This document shows positions 40,609 through 53,689 of a DNA stretch of 64,000 nucleotides, piece by piece. A model generated the notes under the pieces. The model was not told the DNA's origin. It worked only from the letters and a program-made list of their open reading frames with translations, and searched no databases. The translations under genes were made by a program, and so were the position numbers. The DNA is taken from the NCBI RefSeq assembly GCF_006345805.1, contig NC_043000.1, forward strand, positions 81,716,001 through 81,780,000, given 5' to 3'. This DNA is from Octopus sinensis. Lineage: Eukaryota. Position 1 is the first letter of the stretch, and the number at the start of each line of letters is the position of its first letter.

Positions 40609-41230
40609 CATGAGGGGGGAAGTCAAAAATTATCTGCACTTTCACCATAACATATCTTTATCATTGTCACACTACCTTCTGCACATGCATGCTTATAGAT
40701 GGTACTATTGTGGCCAAGTGATCCAAGTTTGAGCCTGATCGTGCCATTTTTCTTTCGTTACAGAGTAAAGCATGGCCGCTCCACTAGCAATGTGCACCAA
40801 AGAAGAACAAAGAGTAATGTTCTAAGAGATGGTAATGGTGAACTGATTCACTATTACCATCTCTTGAGCTTGCTGAATCTTCTCGTCAGTGGTGGAGGAC
40901 GATGGCGTCCTGCTCCCTCTTCATGCGTCATGCTTGTCCGGCCACTTTTAAACACTTCTACACAGTAGTGCACTGTCCCCGTATTGTGCTAAAAGCCTCT
41001 GATGAATTTCAGCAATGACACACCTTCTGGCCAGAGAAATCGGATCACTGCTCTTTGCTCTTCTCAGGTGCACATTGCTAGTGGAGTGACCATGTTAACA
41101 CTGTAAAGCAAGAAAGAAAAATGATGCCATCAGGCTTAAACTTTGATCATGTGACCAGAATAGTACCAACTATAAGCATGCATAGAAAGCAGTGTGACAA
41201 TAATAAAGATATGTTATGGCGGAAGTGGAT
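40609..41230. mobile_element. Two inverted mariner 5' ends (fold-back structure)
   Basis: Left: TIR-like gaggggg.agtcaaaaattatc through MAAPLAMCTKEEQR (ATG 40772). Right, minus strand: MVTPLAMCT*EEQRAVIRFLWPEGVS..FKSGRTSMTHEEGAGR (ATG 41093). Arms 40632-40814 and 41051-41230 are reverse complements, roughly 80% identical by eye. Confidence 0.8.
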
Positions 41231-42106
41231 ACACACACATATGTATATATATATAGAAACACACACACACATATATATATTAATACACAACATAAATAAA
41301 AACACGTAATACACAAATAATGACATTTCAAAGGGAACAAGAGTGACTTTTAGATTTGTATCTCCAGATAAGAAAATATACAAACACCTGTACTCTTTGT
41401 TCAATGTTAGGTTAGGTCTACAAAAATGAAAAAAAAAAATGTGTTGATATACACACACACACACACACAAATGTAGGTTATCTTCAATAAACATACATGC
41501 ACATATATGCTTAAACATATGATTAGGGTCTCACATGCGTAACACAATGAATTTAAAAACTTAGAGCAACTGAGATTATTTATGCAATTATTTCACAACA
41601 ACTCAGAAACTTTAAGGTTGTATAAAATCAAGAATTAACAAACAAGAAAGACAACTCCAATACAATCTTCTATATGAAATTTTTGGACTATATAAACAAT
41701 GTAGATGAGCATGGATCTAGTCTTTAAAGTCAATTGAAGGCAACAGGTATGTTTTGATCTTATTAAATCTTTTCAGCAAAGTATATTCTACAAAATTAAC
41801 ACGAGTAGGAAGTGATCAATGTATAAAGCAATAGAGGAGGAATAAAGTGATGCTGATTATCACTATCAACAATATAGCCAAGGGAAAATACCTCAGGAGG
41901 AGATATTTTGTACTAAATATACATTAAGTACAGTCTTACATACACATGTCAACACTGATTGCAACCACATACACTTTCATACACTACAATTACTCACATT
42001 TTCATAGGCTACTACACAATGACACAAACATTCACAACCAGATTATATGCATAATACAAATACATATAGCAAATGCCCCATGATTTTATATTACTGGTAG
42101 GAATAT

Positions 42107-42150
42107 TCTGTTGATTTCTGTTCCCAGTGATGGGAACAGAAATCAACAGA
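42107..42150. repeat. Perfect 20-bp hairpin, GTGA loop
   Basis: tctgttgatttctgttccca-gtga-tgggaacagaaatcaacaga. Confidence 0.95.
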
Positions 42151-44204
42151 TCAACTGGTGCCAATAAGGATGGCTTTATCATTTTCTTTAACAGTCTACT
42201 GATAAGGCTTGCTTCAGTAACAGCCAATCTTATATCATCACTTCCTGGACCCATCACTGGCGAGGCCACTTTATTAATAACAGCATTTACTTTGCTGACA
42301 ACATTAAGAAGCAACAGCAGTCTCCATTATGTTTCAGGTTTATCAACTAGTGCATCAACATTTTTCCATATAACAGTGTTTTTATAGCCAACAGCTTCTA
42401 CCAATGAGATCAGTGCATACTAGATTGTGCAGGAACACTCTAAACGTACACATATGTATTTGAACAAAATGTATATGCATCATTATCATACATACAGAAC
42501 ACCATCTGTAATCTGTAACATCCATCTTTTTCAGTTATAACTTGTAACATGCATTTTTCTGTGTATTTATTTCAGTTAAAAATGAAGCCTCATATCATAT
42601 GTACATTTTATAGTGATTGATGTAGCTTGTCACCACTGAATTGGTCAGTAGAGAATATAGAGGAAGCCATTTTAAATGTTATCACATCTGTTTGCTTTTT
42701 GATGAATTTATATTTTTGTACAAAACTATAGGCCACAAAACAGACCACACACATATACAGAAATACAGATCATATATGCATCTATGCAAATATAAACCAT
42801 ACACATATACAAACACAGACCACACACATACCTACGAATATAAACTACTCAAATACAAAGACCACACTCACACACGGTTGTATACCAGAGTAAAATGAAG
42901 AGAATACTGAAACAATATTAACAATATTAGAAAGACAAGGAGAAAGAGAATGGTGTGTGGGTGTGTAGAGCAGATATATTAATATATCACATGAAATATA
43001 GATTACCAAGTGATATATAAAGAGTGCTTGAGGGTACTGGGGTGAATCAGGGTACTGGAATGTTAAGAATGAACTACAAGGAAAACAATGAGAGGGAGGA
43101 CAAAATTGAGGCCCAGGATCATCCTAAGAACGGATGTTGATGACAGTAAGGTTATAATAGTGGTGATGGTGGTTATGATGGTATTGCTGATGGTGATAGT
43201 GATGACTAATAGAGCTTTAAACAGAAGGAAATAATGAAATAATGTTGGTATAAAAGTATCATAGCTTCACTTTAGCATCTGATAATAAATATCGTTACAG
43301 AGGACAAGATGATGAATAATGGGAGTAATACAAAGTGACAATGGAAGAATGTTGTATGAAAGTAGAATGTGAGAGTAGAGAAAGACAATAGCGATGAAGT
43401 TGGGATAGACTGTATGTCTGTAATGCAGGATAGCCAGTGCACATTGGCCAAACTGTAGCATGGGAACATTGTTGAAGTTTGGATGTTTTGAATATTAAAC
43501 AACATAGAAGCTAAGGTAAATTGTGACGTGATGATGATGAGAAGGAGGAAGAAGATAGTGGTTGTGATAGTGAAGCAAAGACAATAAGGTATACAGAAAC
43601 GTTCACAAATACTTAATGTGAACGAACTTCAACAATAATAACCTTTAATTATGAAATGCATCAACAAAAGCCATTCTTTTTGTTTGTTTGTATAATGAAA
43701 GTTTCTAGAATCAATGGATTCATTCAATAAAACAATTTTACTCGCAGTCACATTCTATTATTACCAGTCTGATATTACATAACCATATGTGGTATAATGA
43801 TGATGCTTTCACAACCACTTAAGTTTAATTTAGAAAGCCCCTAACAACAGTTTAGATGGACTTGATGTACAATTTACAGATATACATAACATGTATCGTC
43901 ATTTTTATGTCTGCTTTTCCACGACTTACTGAGACAGTATTTAATGGCCAGATACCCTTACTGTCACCAACCCTTATTTGCTTTCAAATAAGGTATTTTT
44001 ATTAGACTGGTCTTCAAATATTTTATTCGAATGATGTCAATATAAAAACACATGGAAACATGTATTCACACACACACACAGATGTGCTGGCCAACAAATA
44101 GCAAACTTCCAATAGTTTCTGTGTACCAAATCTCACTCAGAAAACAATGGTCTTCCCAAAGCTATAAATTCTCTGTCTGTCTCTCTCTCCTACTCTTAGA
44201 CCAG

Positions 44205-44505
44205 TACTCTGTTGGTTAAAACAACGAGGGTTCTAATTGATCCAATCAATGGAATAGCCTGCTCATGAAATTAACATGCAAGTGGCTGAGCACTCCATAG
44301 ACACACATATTCTTAAAGTAGTTCTCTAGATTTAGCGTGACACACAATATGACAAGGCTGGCCCTTTGAATTACAGGTACAATCATTTTTGCCAGCTGAG
44401 TGGACTGGAGCAATGTGAAATAAAATGTCTTGCTCAAAGACACAACATACTGGTAAGAATCGAACACATGACCTTACGATCATGTGCCAAATATCTTAAC
44501 CACAA
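44205..44505 (-). mobile_element. SINE family C (tRNA-like head, ctccagtccactcagctggcaaaaatg core)
   Basis: Minus strand gtggttaag..gtgttcgattc (A/B-box-like); homologous to 50650-50858 (+) and to the split copy 48843-49490. Confidence 0.75.
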
Positions 44506-47220
44506 TAGCCAGGCTGTAATGAAAACACTTATCTAAAGTATTACAATGGGATGAACACTAGAACAATGTGGTTGCAATGTGAACTTCCTAACCAGAAAGG
44601 CATGCCAGCGGCTAAATATTATTCTAAGGCAATGGGATATCAGAATGGGTGTATGTAAAAATAAAGCTTGTATATTACTGAGTGATATCAAAGGTACTGA
44701 GGCAGATGGCGATAAGGGTGGTAGGTGGATTGACAAGAGTGGGAACCATGAATTGGCAAAGGTGGAAGTGGGGGATTGGATAAACTGGCATGTTTGGTGT
44801 TATAGTGGACAAAATTAGGTCTCTCTCTCAACAATCTAAAGTTTAAATCCTGTCAAAGTCAACTTTGTCAGTCATCCTTCCAAGGTGGATAAAATATAGT
44901 AACAGTGAAGTACTTGAGTTGATTTTTTTAATCAACTGTCCCCTTCCTAAAAATGTGTGGCCTTGTGCCAATGTGAGACATTATTGTCATTATGACATAA
45001 CTGAAAACTGGGTCATTAAATCCTTTTTACGCTACATTCATGATAAAATTTGTGAAACCTAACTCAGACAGCAAATTCCCCATTCCTTTTTACAGTGAAA
45101 TAAAACTCTTTCTGGGCTTTAGACCAACATCAGATAGGACCTTATCCATCATTAGGGTAGCTAATACATCAGACTGTCACCATAGCAACGCCACAACTTA
45201 ACATGAGAAGGAAATATTCCTGTGGATACACCATCAATGCAATACTTGGTGGGAAAATAAGCCCATCCTCAAAAAAAAAAAGGGGGGGGGGTCATCATGA
45301 ACTAGTTTATTAATTAGAAAGAGTAGTGTTAATTAATAAGTTTTATAAAGTGGAGATTAATAGAGGGCTGCTCACTGTATAGTGAGGTGGAGACTGGCTG
45401 ACAGAGCTAGTGTAACAAGCTCACCATCACCACCACCTCTTGACTATTACTGATAACATAGTTATGTTAGAAACATGATACTGCTGCTGTTGAGACAAAG
45501 GCCAGCCAGACTGACAGAATGCCAAACAGGAAGATACAGTAAAAACTGAGAGTGAAGCTTGGAAAACATGGTTCTGGAAAAAGAAAAAGTGCAAATCTGA
45601 CAAATTCTTTTACAGTTAGTAACTTCCTGAAAGAGTTTGTTTAACATTGAGATTTTTACACACCAATCACAGCCATCATCACAACCACTATCAGAATCAT
45701 AAACATCATTGTCATCATTACTAGTATTATTGTCATCAATCATCATCATCATCAACATTATCCTATTCCCTATCATTATAGCTTCCAACAGACAGATGGC
45801 TAACCTTTTGAACCTATTACCGACAGCAACCTCTGTTTCAAATATTGTAACCTTCAATCACTCTCCCGCCTACACCACAAAGGCAATCATCCACTATCCT
45901 ACCTTCTAAATAATGAAATAACACAAAACAAGAGGAAGGCACATCTCTTGGTAAAGAAACATCAACAATCTGCCTTGATCCCAACCTCCCTTTCTCTCAA
46001 TCTGCATACATAGGGCACTTGGAAAGTCACAATGCAGTTCATCATCAGAATCATTTTTACATCTACTTTCCTTGCCAGCACAGGTTAGATGGGTCATCAT
46101 GGTCTAAATCGTCATATATTGAGCTGCTGCTTCCATAGAAGTATCATCTGATCTGGTTTCCACAACTGGATGTTTTTCTTATCACCATCCACTTCACACA
46201 GTGCAGTGGGTGTGTTTTTCATGGAACCAATACTAATGAGTTTGAGCAAAGGGACCTAAAAAGTATATGCATTCTCTACCCAGTCTATCAACCCTTCTGC
46301 AGCATATACTTGAAGCAACACTAGAAAGTGATTGTCTCACTTACTCATCACTTTGAGGGAGTGCAAGTTGTCAGCTAACACCAGTAGAGGAAAGCTTAAG
46401 GTTAGAGGTAAGGTGGTGTTTTGTACACAAGATGATGTAACAATATTCAGAGCTCAGGCATGTAAACCACAGGGTGGTAATAGTGGGAAGCCATACCAGC
46501 TGTGAGACAAGAAGTGGGTGAGGGGAGCAAATAATAATCAAGAGTACACAATAACCAAGGGTGAGTATATTTGCTCAGGTGACCAATGAGGGTATTCAGA
46601 AAAGGAGTGGGTGGCTGGGTGGATGAAAGAAAGGATCAAGGTTATTTAGAACAGCAGAACTAGACAAAGGTGAAAATAGATGACTTGGATTAAGATAAAG
46701 ATTAGGTATGCCTACACTTTAAAATATATCTTTTAACAGTCTTGGAGTCCCTAAAAAAAAGAGCCATGTGTACTGTCATCACTCTCCTCAATGAAGCCTT
46801 AAAAATAAAACATGTATATGTAAATATATATGTGGGTACATGAGAGAGTTCACATATTTATGAATATGTATGTAAATATGTATATACAGCATATATCTAT
46901 TCCTAACATGTGACCCAACTAACTACAAGAAGATGTGAGAGACTCAAGTATATGGAATGACTTAGATAACAGACAGGCAACGATGTTCTCAGATTGCATA
47001 TAATTGGATGGTTGTGGGGCAGTCCCAGTCCGAAACAACAATATACACCAGCAAAATGTATCATCTTTTTTTTCTGTCTTTATGCTCTCAGTTCAAGGTT
47101 GACTGTGCCTTTCAACTTTTTTGGGGTCAATGAAATAAATACCAGTCAAGTACCCAAGTCAATATAATCAACTAGCAGCCTCTCTAAAATATCAAAATAG
47201 TAGAAAGGATTATTATTATT

Positions 47221-47432
47221 AAAGCAGTGGGCTGGCAGAACCATTAGCATGCTGGGCAAAATCTTTAATGGCATTTCATCCGCCCTTATACGAGTTCAAA
47301 TTCCATCATGGTCGACTTTGCCTTTCATCCTTTTGGGGGTTGATGAAATAAGTACCAGCTGAACACTAGGGCCAATGTAATCAACCTATTTCTCCTGCAA
47401 AATTACTGGCCTTGTGTTAAAATTTGAAACCA
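47221..47432 (+). mobile_element. SINE family A copy (degraded neighbours at ~47050-47210 and ~47450-47590)
   Basis: Homologous to 12763-12980. Confidence 0.8.
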
Positions 47433-48074
47433 CTACTACTACTACTATAATAAAGAATGGTAAATTGGCATAAGCACTATAAAACATCAGAAACATGCTT
47501 ATGTTTTCCGTGGCCCTTTCCATTTTGAATTCAAATCCTCACAAGGTCATTCTTGCTTTACATTCTTCCAGGGTTAATAAAAAAAAGTATTAAAAAATCT
47601 TTTTTTTAAATTTTAGCCTTACATCCACTGTGCATAAAATGAGACTGACAGATGAAAAATTAAGGCTTCACATTCTATCAGCACCAGAATATTAGTTCTT
47701 AGGGAACTTGAGACAATGTAGAATAATAGTGTGTCCAAAAATAAAATTCCTGCAATGGATTTGAACTCCTGATAATCCATGATGTAAGTAGTTGAGTGCC
47801 TTATCCACTTAGCCATCATACACTTTGCACAAAATTTTATATCATCATCTAATATCCACTTTTCCATACTTCCATGAGTCATGAGATAGATTTCCTGCAG
47901 CCAGATGTCCTTCCTCATGCCAACCTTAACCTGTTTCCAAACAAAATAATATTTCTCCATGGCCAGGCATGATTTTAACAGAAGACTTATAACCGACATG
48001 TGATGTCTATAAGATTACACACACACATGCTCAGATGTGCACGTGTGTGTATACATGTATGCACAAAAACACAC

Positions 48075-48232
48075 ACATACACAACGGGCTTCTTTCAGTT
48101 TCCATCAACCAAATCTACTCACAAAGCCTTGGTTGGTCTGGGACTATAATAGGAGTTGCCCAAGGTGACATGCAGTAAGACTGAATTGAAAACCAAATGA
48201 TTAGGAAGTAAACTTCTTGACCACACAACCAC
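48075..48232 (-). mobile_element. SINE family B 5' portion (other partial copies: 4636-4775 -, 9615-9732 -, 6208-6365 +, 40255-40510 +, 56295-56460 +, tail 628-690 +)
   Basis: gggcttctttcagtttccatcaaccaaatctactcacaaagccttgg..cttgaccacacaacc. Confidence 0.75.
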
Positions 48233-48905
48233 ATCATGTGTGTGTGTTAGTTGGTCTATGTTGAAGCATGTATTTACAAAAATGGTAGGAAATAAGTGCA
48301 TATGTGTAAATGAGTAGAGAAAAGGATGGGTTGGCACAAGAGAAACAGAGGGGGAGAGAGGGAAGAGTACAAAAAGACAAGTGTCAGAAAGAGTATAGAA
48401 ATATTTGAGAGAGAGAGAGAGAAGTAGAATATAAATACACACACAGACAGTTTGGTGTGGAAGTGTGGAGAAGTATGTGTCAGTGATTCATTATTTATGT
48501 CAAGGAGATGGAGGGGGTGAGGGGCATGTTGCTGATCTGATATGCCAGCTGGTTTGATTGGGGGTGAAAAAAATCTTGAACCTAAATATCTCCACAGGGA
48601 AACATGAATTCTAGCAGATTTTTACTGAGAAAGACTGAGAAAACAGAAAGAATAGATTCTCTCTAAAACACATCTAATTTTTACAGGGTAATATATTTTG
48701 GAAGTTTTTCCTTTGTTTTTCGAGAAAAGCAAAGAAAATAGTGAGCCAGTGAAAGGCTTCTAAGAGGTCACTTAACCAGCTAGAAACAGCAGGAAAAATA
48801 TCCTTCAAATCATACTTTACTGTCAGAACAATGAATGTGATAGTTGGTCCAATCAATGGAACAGCCTGCTCATGAAATCAATGAATGAGTGCACTCCATA
48901 GACAT

Positions 48906-49300
48906 ATTCTTTTACTTGTTTGTCATTTGACTGTGGCCATGCTGGAGCACCGCCTTTAGTCGAGCAAATTGACCCCAGGACTTATGCTATCAATCTCTTT
49001 TGCCAAACCGCTAAGTTACAGGGATGTAAACATACCACCATCGGTTGTCAAGTGATGTTGGGGGGACAAACAGAGACACAAACATACACACACATACATA
49101 CATACATATATATATATACACACACACATATATATGACAGGCTTCTTTTTAGTTTCCGTCTACCAAATCCACTCACAAGGCTTTGGTTGGCCCGAGGCTA
49201 TAGTAGAAGACACTTGCCCAAGGTGTCACGCAGTGGGATTGAACTCAGAACCATGTGGTTCATAAGCAAGCTACTTACCACACAGCCACTCCTACACCTC
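48906..49300 (-). mobile_element. SINE family B, near full length (tRNA-like head, internal CA/TA microsatellite)
   Basis: Minus strand begins ggagtggctgtgtggtaagtagc (A-box-like) and gagttcaatccc (B-box-like), followed by accttgggcaagtgtcttctactatagcc; ends ggccacagtcaaatgacaaacaagtaaa. Confidence 0.85.
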
Positions 49301-50649
49301 ATGTGTAACCTTAAAATAGTTCTCATGGGAGATTCAGCATGACACAGAATGTGACAAGCTGGCTCTTTGAAATAAAGGTACAATTCCATTTTGCCAGCTG
49401 AGTGAACTGGAGCAACATGAAATAAAGTGTCTTGTTCAAGGAAACAATATGTCACCAGGCACTGAACATATGACCCTAACCACTAAGCCACAAGAACATT
49501 AATGTTGTCCTAGATTCCTCAAAAAAAGCAAGAATGTCTGATTATAGATCTGATCAATCAAAGTAGACCTGAGGTTAAACAATAACAACAAAAAATTGGG
49601 TGGGGAAAGAACAGACCTCCTGCCAAATACTTATGTTAGCAAGTTAAGTAAATGATTGGCTTAAGAAACAGGTTTGAACCCGAATATCACCAGAGGGAAA
49701 CGAGAATTCTGACAGGTTTTCATTGACAAAGACAGAAAGAAGTTAAAAAGAAAATTCCCTTACAAAACACATCTTTGTTAATGACCTGTGTAAATAGCAT
49801 GATCTACAAAGCCATTGAGAGTACAGGTACATAAGCTGAAGAACATCTATGTGTTCATTCAATCCGCCATTTTTCTAGATATAACCATCCCATCTCTCTG
49901 ATGTGGCCACTTGTGTAATCCTAAATTCTTGCAAGTAGCTCCTGATTTCAAAGACGACAGTGGGAGATAATGTAGTCAAAGGTGGATTGTGGCTAGGAAA
50001 AATAGGATGGTTAAGACTAAGACATCTTTAATCAAGAGGCTGTTGCACCAAAGCTGATTTGGGTCTTAAGTAAAAGCAAATACAGAACATACACAATTGA
50101 AACATTTCTTACAAGACCACTAACTATACTAAGTCTTCTAACAATTTTTAAAAGATACAAGTTCAAACATTGTGGGTAAGGAAGACTAGTCAATGATGTC
50201 AATCTCTAATGATGATTATAGCTACAAGTAGGTCAAGATTAGGTATGTTTGTTGATGATAATGACAATGTTTATTGGCAGATTTATCACAATGCCACTTT
50301 TCTGTCCATCACTTGCCAGCATTGAGAAAGAGAAATATTAAAATGGAGAGGGACAATGTAGAGAGGCAGCGAAGGATTTTTTTTACCATAACCAGAGAAA
50401 GAACGAAGCAGATGGAGATAGATACCTCAAGACTCTGAGCTGCTCAAATAATTCCCTATCACTAATCAACTCAAAAGTTCATTCCATCTCTCTCTCTCTC
50501 AAACATAGATAAGTGGTCTCCCTTCCTCCTCATCACTACCATTCCTGATTCACCCTGATCCATACTACAGGGAGTGTGTTCAAAGGTTACTAATAGCTGT
50601 GTATGTGTGTCCTATTCAAGTGAGATATACCATCAATACCACATACATT

Positions 50650-50858
50650 TTCATTCAGCTGGCAAAAATGAGTAGTACTTGTATTTCAAAGGGCCAGCCT
50701 TGTCACACTGTGTGTCATGCTGAATCTCCCTGGGAGCTACATTAAGGATACACATCTTTGTGGTGTGCTCAGCCACATGCATGTTAATTTCATGAGCAGG
50801 CTGTTCCATTGATTGGATCAACTTGAACCCTAGTCATCATAACCAATGGAGTGCCATA
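50650..50858 (+). mobile_element. SINE family C 3' portion
   Basis: ttcagctggcaaaaatgag..caaagggccagccttgtcacac..gagcaggctgttccattgattggatcaac. Confidence 0.75.
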
Positions 50859-51029
50859 TACTGGTGTAAGGAGTACTTTATAACTAGGATGGTAGTGCTT
50901 GTGATGCGGGATGGTCGCCTGTTGGAGGGGAAGATGAGGGCTTAATAGTATGGGGTGGGGAACCATAGTGATAATGACAGATTACAGGTAGTGTGTAGGC
51001 TGACAATAGTAGTTGCTATAGAGTGTATG

Positions 51030-51360
51030 GTGGTGGCTGTAGTTAGTAGTGATAATAGTACTGAAATTACAGAAAAGAAATTTTAGTAATAGTGATGATA
51101 GTGGTAATGATAGGGGTAGGAGTGGAGGCTGTGGTGATGATAATAGTAGTGGCAGTGGTGGTAATGATGATGATGGCAGTGATAGTGATGGTAGCAGTGT
51201 CGGTGATTGCGATTATGATTATAATGGTTGTGGTTATAGCAATGATGGGGGTTGGGGGGTTGGTAACACTAGTAGTTGTGGGGTGGGTGATAGTAAATGA
51301 TGGCCATTTTGATGATAGTAACAATGATGGTTGTGGTAGTGGTGACAGTGATGGTTGTTC
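51030..51360. repeat. Degenerate (GAT/GGT/AGT)n trinucleotide low-complexity tract (similar at 26200-26415)
   Basis: Direct reading; gives spurious ORFs in several frames. Confidence 0.85.
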
Positions 51361-51717
51361 ATGAAACTAGTAATAAGTTCTAATGGACAACTGGTATGGC
51401 AGCTAACACAGCACCACCACTACCAGACACACACACACACACACACACAATCCAGTTCAAACATGACAACAACTATAATGAAACACAACCAAAAGATTAT
51501 TTCCTTTTTTGTTGATTTACTAATTCCTGAGTTTAAAGAGTGTGAAGGAGGTGGAGGACAAGAGAGGAATGAATGCAAATTACTGTCATAAACCTGTGGA
51601 ATGTTAAGCTGTTAACTTACTGCTGCATACATGTGTGTGTGTGTGTGTGTGTTTGTGGTGGAGCAGGGTGAAGGGGATCTTAAACACCCTTCTATGTTAA
51701 ATAATAACAATAATAAT

Positions 51718-51897
51718 GATTTCAAATTTTGGTATAGGGCCAGCAGGTTCAGGAGAAGGGAAAGTTCATTACATTGACCCTGGTACTCAACTGATACTCA
51801 TTTTATTGATCCCGAAATGATGAACGGCAAAATCAGCCTCGGTAACGCAGAATATGAAGACAGACGAAATGCTAAACATGCTAACAATTCTGCTAGT
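51718..51897 (-). mobile_element. SINE family A copy, inverted, internally deleted
   Basis: atttcaaattttgg..ctgatactcattttattgatcccgaaatgatgaacggcaaa..acaattctgctag. Confidence 0.7.
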
Positions 51898-53063
51898 ACA
51901 ATAATAATAATGATTTATTTGCCACAAGAATGTTGGATGGAGAGGTCACTATAAAGACATCTTAGACAGTGTGGTGGTGGGGAAATGGAGGGGGTTGATA
52001 GAGAATGATCTCCATCTAGAACCAGTAAGGGAATTCCAACAGAACCAAGATCACCATGACTATCAAAAGCAAGCACCCTATTTTAAGTGTTGCTTTGTCA
52101 CCTATAGGTACATAGTAGTTTTATCTGTTCAAACCCTTTTTGACAGTCATCCATCCAGTGACAAATTCAATGGCAGAGAGCATTTCATTACTTTCCTTTT
52201 TCCAAGTAGAACTTGAAAAGTTGAGGGTTTGGCAGGAGCAGAAAGTTTCTGACTTTAATCTTTTCAGTATCACAGCAATAATAAAAACAAATTATTCTTG
52301 AGTAAGGTATAAGGCAAGCAATTTGAGGCAATGGAGGTGAGGTCTACATCATTGACTTCAGTTAGTTTATTTTATCAACCATGGAGGAATGAATAGTTTA
52401 GCTCAGTGGGATTTGAACTAAGAAAGTAAAGAACAGAAATAAATGCTGCAAAGCATTTTTGCCAATGCTCTAATGATTCTGCCAATGCTCTTATGATACT
52501 GAAAGTTCTAAACATATATATACAGCTAATTATATCCCCACCCCAAGTACTCAATTAGCATTTTATTTTATTAACCACAGAAAGTTAAACGGCAAGATTT
52601 GAATAGCTACCACTGAGTAGTCCAGTCTGCCTAGCTGTAAATAGGTACCATGAAATAGTATAGCCCTTCAAGCTGTATATAGGTACCACTCACTAAAAGC
52701 TACAGTAGTACTTATAAATAAACAAGTTTTGTTTGCTCACATTACTGAGTTGCCATATGTGATCTCGGTTCACCATGAAAAAAATGAACTACAAAGGCCT
52801 TGCTTTTTTTTTAAGTTATTAGAGTTAGACCTGCATGGGAATACTAAACACTTCAGCCCGCCATCTTCAGTTCTTATGATCCTGTATGACTATGAAAACA
52901 CTAGGCAGCATAGTCCTGTATCAACTAATTCTTATGGTCTTTATAGACACCAAACAAAGTTACTATACACCCCTTCAGTTCTAAACCCACCAACTCCATA
53001 TCACTATTGCTCATGTGAAAATGAATTAATGAACTGCTTTCTGTTGACTACGTCAAAACTAAC

Positions 53064-53127
53064 CTTTGACCTTGACAAAAGCCTGAAATGTCATGATCTC
53101 ACCCATACAGCCTACCCTTTGGTTAAT
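53064..53127 (-). other. Possible upstream exon (UTR or coding) of the minus-strand gene
   Basis: Long T-rich tract then ttCAG|, donor AAG|GTTAGT; 64 nt; one open frame (INQRVGCMGEIMTFQAFVKVK). No homology recognised. Confidence 0.25.
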
Positions 53128-53689
53128 CTGAAGTTTCAAGCTCATGCAAGAAAATGAAAAAGTTAAATGAAAAGACAAAAAATACGCAAAAAAATATTCT
53201 AAAAAATATTTAAAAAGAAAACCCTTATCAATTAGTTCAATTGCAGAACTCAAGGTCAACAGAGACAATTCTAAAATTATCAGGGAACTTCATATGAAAA
53301 TTATAATTCATGATCAGAGAATGAAATTCAAAATACTAATGTCATTGTACTTGCTTATGGAAAATTGATAAACTTGTGTCAAACAAATATTTCACACATT
53401 TAAAAACAACTGAAGAATATACACTCAAACTTTTAGAAATAGCAGGCAAATGTCCTGCAAATTACACACTAGTATGTTAAAGAATGGACACAGTGACAAA
53501 AATAAAGATGGGTTACTCATGGCTGAAATGTCTGAACACAGACTTGCTCAACCAGGGCTGGCTTGGGGTTATAAAACAACAAAATAAAATCCATATAACA
53601 TCACCTAACATTACTCACAAATTTCTGTCTGTTACAAACTATTATTACTATTATTAATATATTAGGGCATTGAGCCCTAATATATTAAA

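Noticed and set aside
41388-41417. Strong acceptor (tttttcatttttgTAG) with a possible 30-nt exon
   Set aside because: Weak donor, phase incompatible with the chromodomain exon, and the tract is simply a poly-T run.
51049-51364. Asp/Gly/Ser-rich and Ile/Thr-rich ORFs
   Set aside because: Degenerate trinucleotide tract open in multiple frames, with no splice support.
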